The notes under the pieces: model-generated
Told to the model about the DNA's origin: nothing
Seen by the model: the letters and a program-made list of their open reading frames with translations, nothing else
The model's database searches: none
NCBI GenBank assembly: GCA_038496445.1
Contig: JALMLS010000253.1
Span: 118,298 to 182,297, forward strand
Source of the DNA: Trichosphaerium sp. ATCC 40318
Taxonomy: Eukaryota > Protista > Tubulinea
Length of the DNA stretch: 64,000 bases
Direction of reading: 5' to 3'
Translations under genes and position numbers: made by a program
In this document: in pieces, positions 62,395 to 64,000 of the stretch
Position numbering within the stretch: position 1 is the first letter of the stretch
Layout: every line of letters begins with the position of its first letter

Positions 62395-64000
62395 TCAATC
62401 CAATTCTACAATTGGCGCTTGTCCAACATTCACTGCGATATTCAACGCAGCACTTGCAGCCGCGTTTAATGATAAATGAGAACACGCACTACAAACTGAC
62501 TTTAGCGAACACAAACTATAAGAATAACGTACTCAACAGGATGTAGACTTGCATTCCACTTTGTATTATCACGCCCAGGCGCATGTGTAAAAGACTCCAA
62601 TCCTAAACAATCATTTAAAAACCTGATTCACATAAAATACTCGTACCACAGCACAACAGGCGTCCAAAGGTAGATACTACGACCAACTGAAACCTTCATA
62701 AAACAATTAAAACAAACAAAAACTAAGAAAAAAACAAGGAAAAACAATGCCTCATGACATCCTCAACATTCAACGATCCTACAGCAATAAAAAACAAAAA
62801 TATGACGTACGCAGCAAAATGTGCCTCTTTTACCTTTTCATTAGGCATAAAGAACTCTGTACAAACAGGTTGTGGAGACCACGAATTTGAGATTTTTTAC
62901 CATTTCCAAGGTGAAGATATTTTCCATTACCACAAGTATAAAGCGTCTGTGATTCAGTAATAAACAACGACGCATAACGTCCAGCTTCTATATAAATAAC
63001 ACGTTCATTGGAAGGTATCTTAACTCTCGTCGGTGTTTGTACTACAAGACCTGAAGCAATGTTTTAATAAACAATTGAGCGAACAAGAAACGCACCAGAC
63101 TCAAATGAATTATTAGCAATATCTCTTAACTCAAACTCTTCACCCAAGCCAAGTCTGCCTATAGTAAAATATTAAATCGTCAATATCCATAAAAAGTAGC
63201 AAGGTCACAAACATGCAACATAGAAAAAGACAGAAACTTGCAGTTCTTTGTATAAAAAAAAACCTTTCAAAAAAAAAACCTGAAGTCCGTTTTTACATTC
63301 TCATAGTGACCTTGAAACTGATAAAACTAATCCGCACATACCACTTTCAGCCAATCCCCAAGAGTAAACTGTACCATCCCTTGCTAGTGCTACAGCGTGG
63401 TCATCACTACAACTTATACGCACTATTTCTTTGCCATCACATTCTATTTCTGTCCAATAATTTCCAGATAAAGGAAATAAGAGTGTATTGTCACCTTTTC
63501 CATATATTTTATGATTTGCAGTGATACCCATCATAGCCTATTAGCAAGAACAATACATCAGTATAAATATCTTAATGACACCAAATAGACTAAGGTACTA
63601 ACATTGCCACATTTACAAACTTGTAAAAATCCTCTGACGTTATCATTCAACATCACACCATCATCTCTTTATATAACAAATTATTAGAAAATATTTTGAC
63701 AAAGCTTCCTTTCTCTCTTCGTACACTACGCTTACTTGGCATGCGCCATCCTTGAAAGAATCTCTATCTATTACATTTACCATAACAGCCCTTCCAGATG
63801 CCGTAGTAGTCACTAAGTAGTGATCTAGAAATCAACTTTGTCAACATCATTTAAAAAAAAATAAGAAAAAGATAAGATAAAAATCATTTACCTGTCAAGG
63901 CTACTGTTTTAATTTTATGGTTAGTCAAGCACTCCATTCGTCTTGCAACAATTTTTTTTTCTTCTAAATTAGCTTGAAATACTTCCCCACTAGCACGAAG
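62395..64000 (-). CDS. RCC1/BLIP-II repeat protein (5' end outside window)
   Basis: ISCSDDHAVALARDGTVYSWG..GMCG, RLGLG, IEAGRYASLFITESQTLYTCG, HYLVTTTASGRAVM. Confidence 0.8.

Noticed and set aside
1-64000. CRISPR arrays, transposons, tRNA/rRNA genes or a prokaryotic operon
   Set aside because: No spaced direct repeats, transposase/RT motifs, cloverleaf with T-loop consensus or rRNA sequence seen. The genes are intron-rich and eukaryotic.

Overview
Gene-dense, AT-rich eukaryotic genomic DNA with many short spliceosomal introns (donors mostly GTA(C/T)GT, branch CTAAC/CTGAC, some GC-AG). Gene content (Roco protein, multidomain RhoGAPs, animal-type heme peroxidase, YW-repeat/PD-(D/E)XK family) suggests an amoeboid protist, probably Amoebozoa (inference). 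The ORF track only shows exon fragments, so I stitched about 22 genes by hand and exact exon boundaries are approximate. Main highlight: a ZNFX1-type SF1 RNA helicase fused to a C-terminal PARP-like ADP-ribosyltransferase domain (runs off the left edge). Other highlights: a NADAR / HMG-box / Smr / macrodomain micro-cluster next to an unannotated RNase P-like structured RNA; a single-domain RNase III with no dsRBD; a Roco protein with a pseudokinase and RGS domain; a protein with an unrecognised tandem WGFDADDI domain; a KR-processed Cys-rich secreted peptide; an AlkB pseudogene; and strong CACGTG enrichment.
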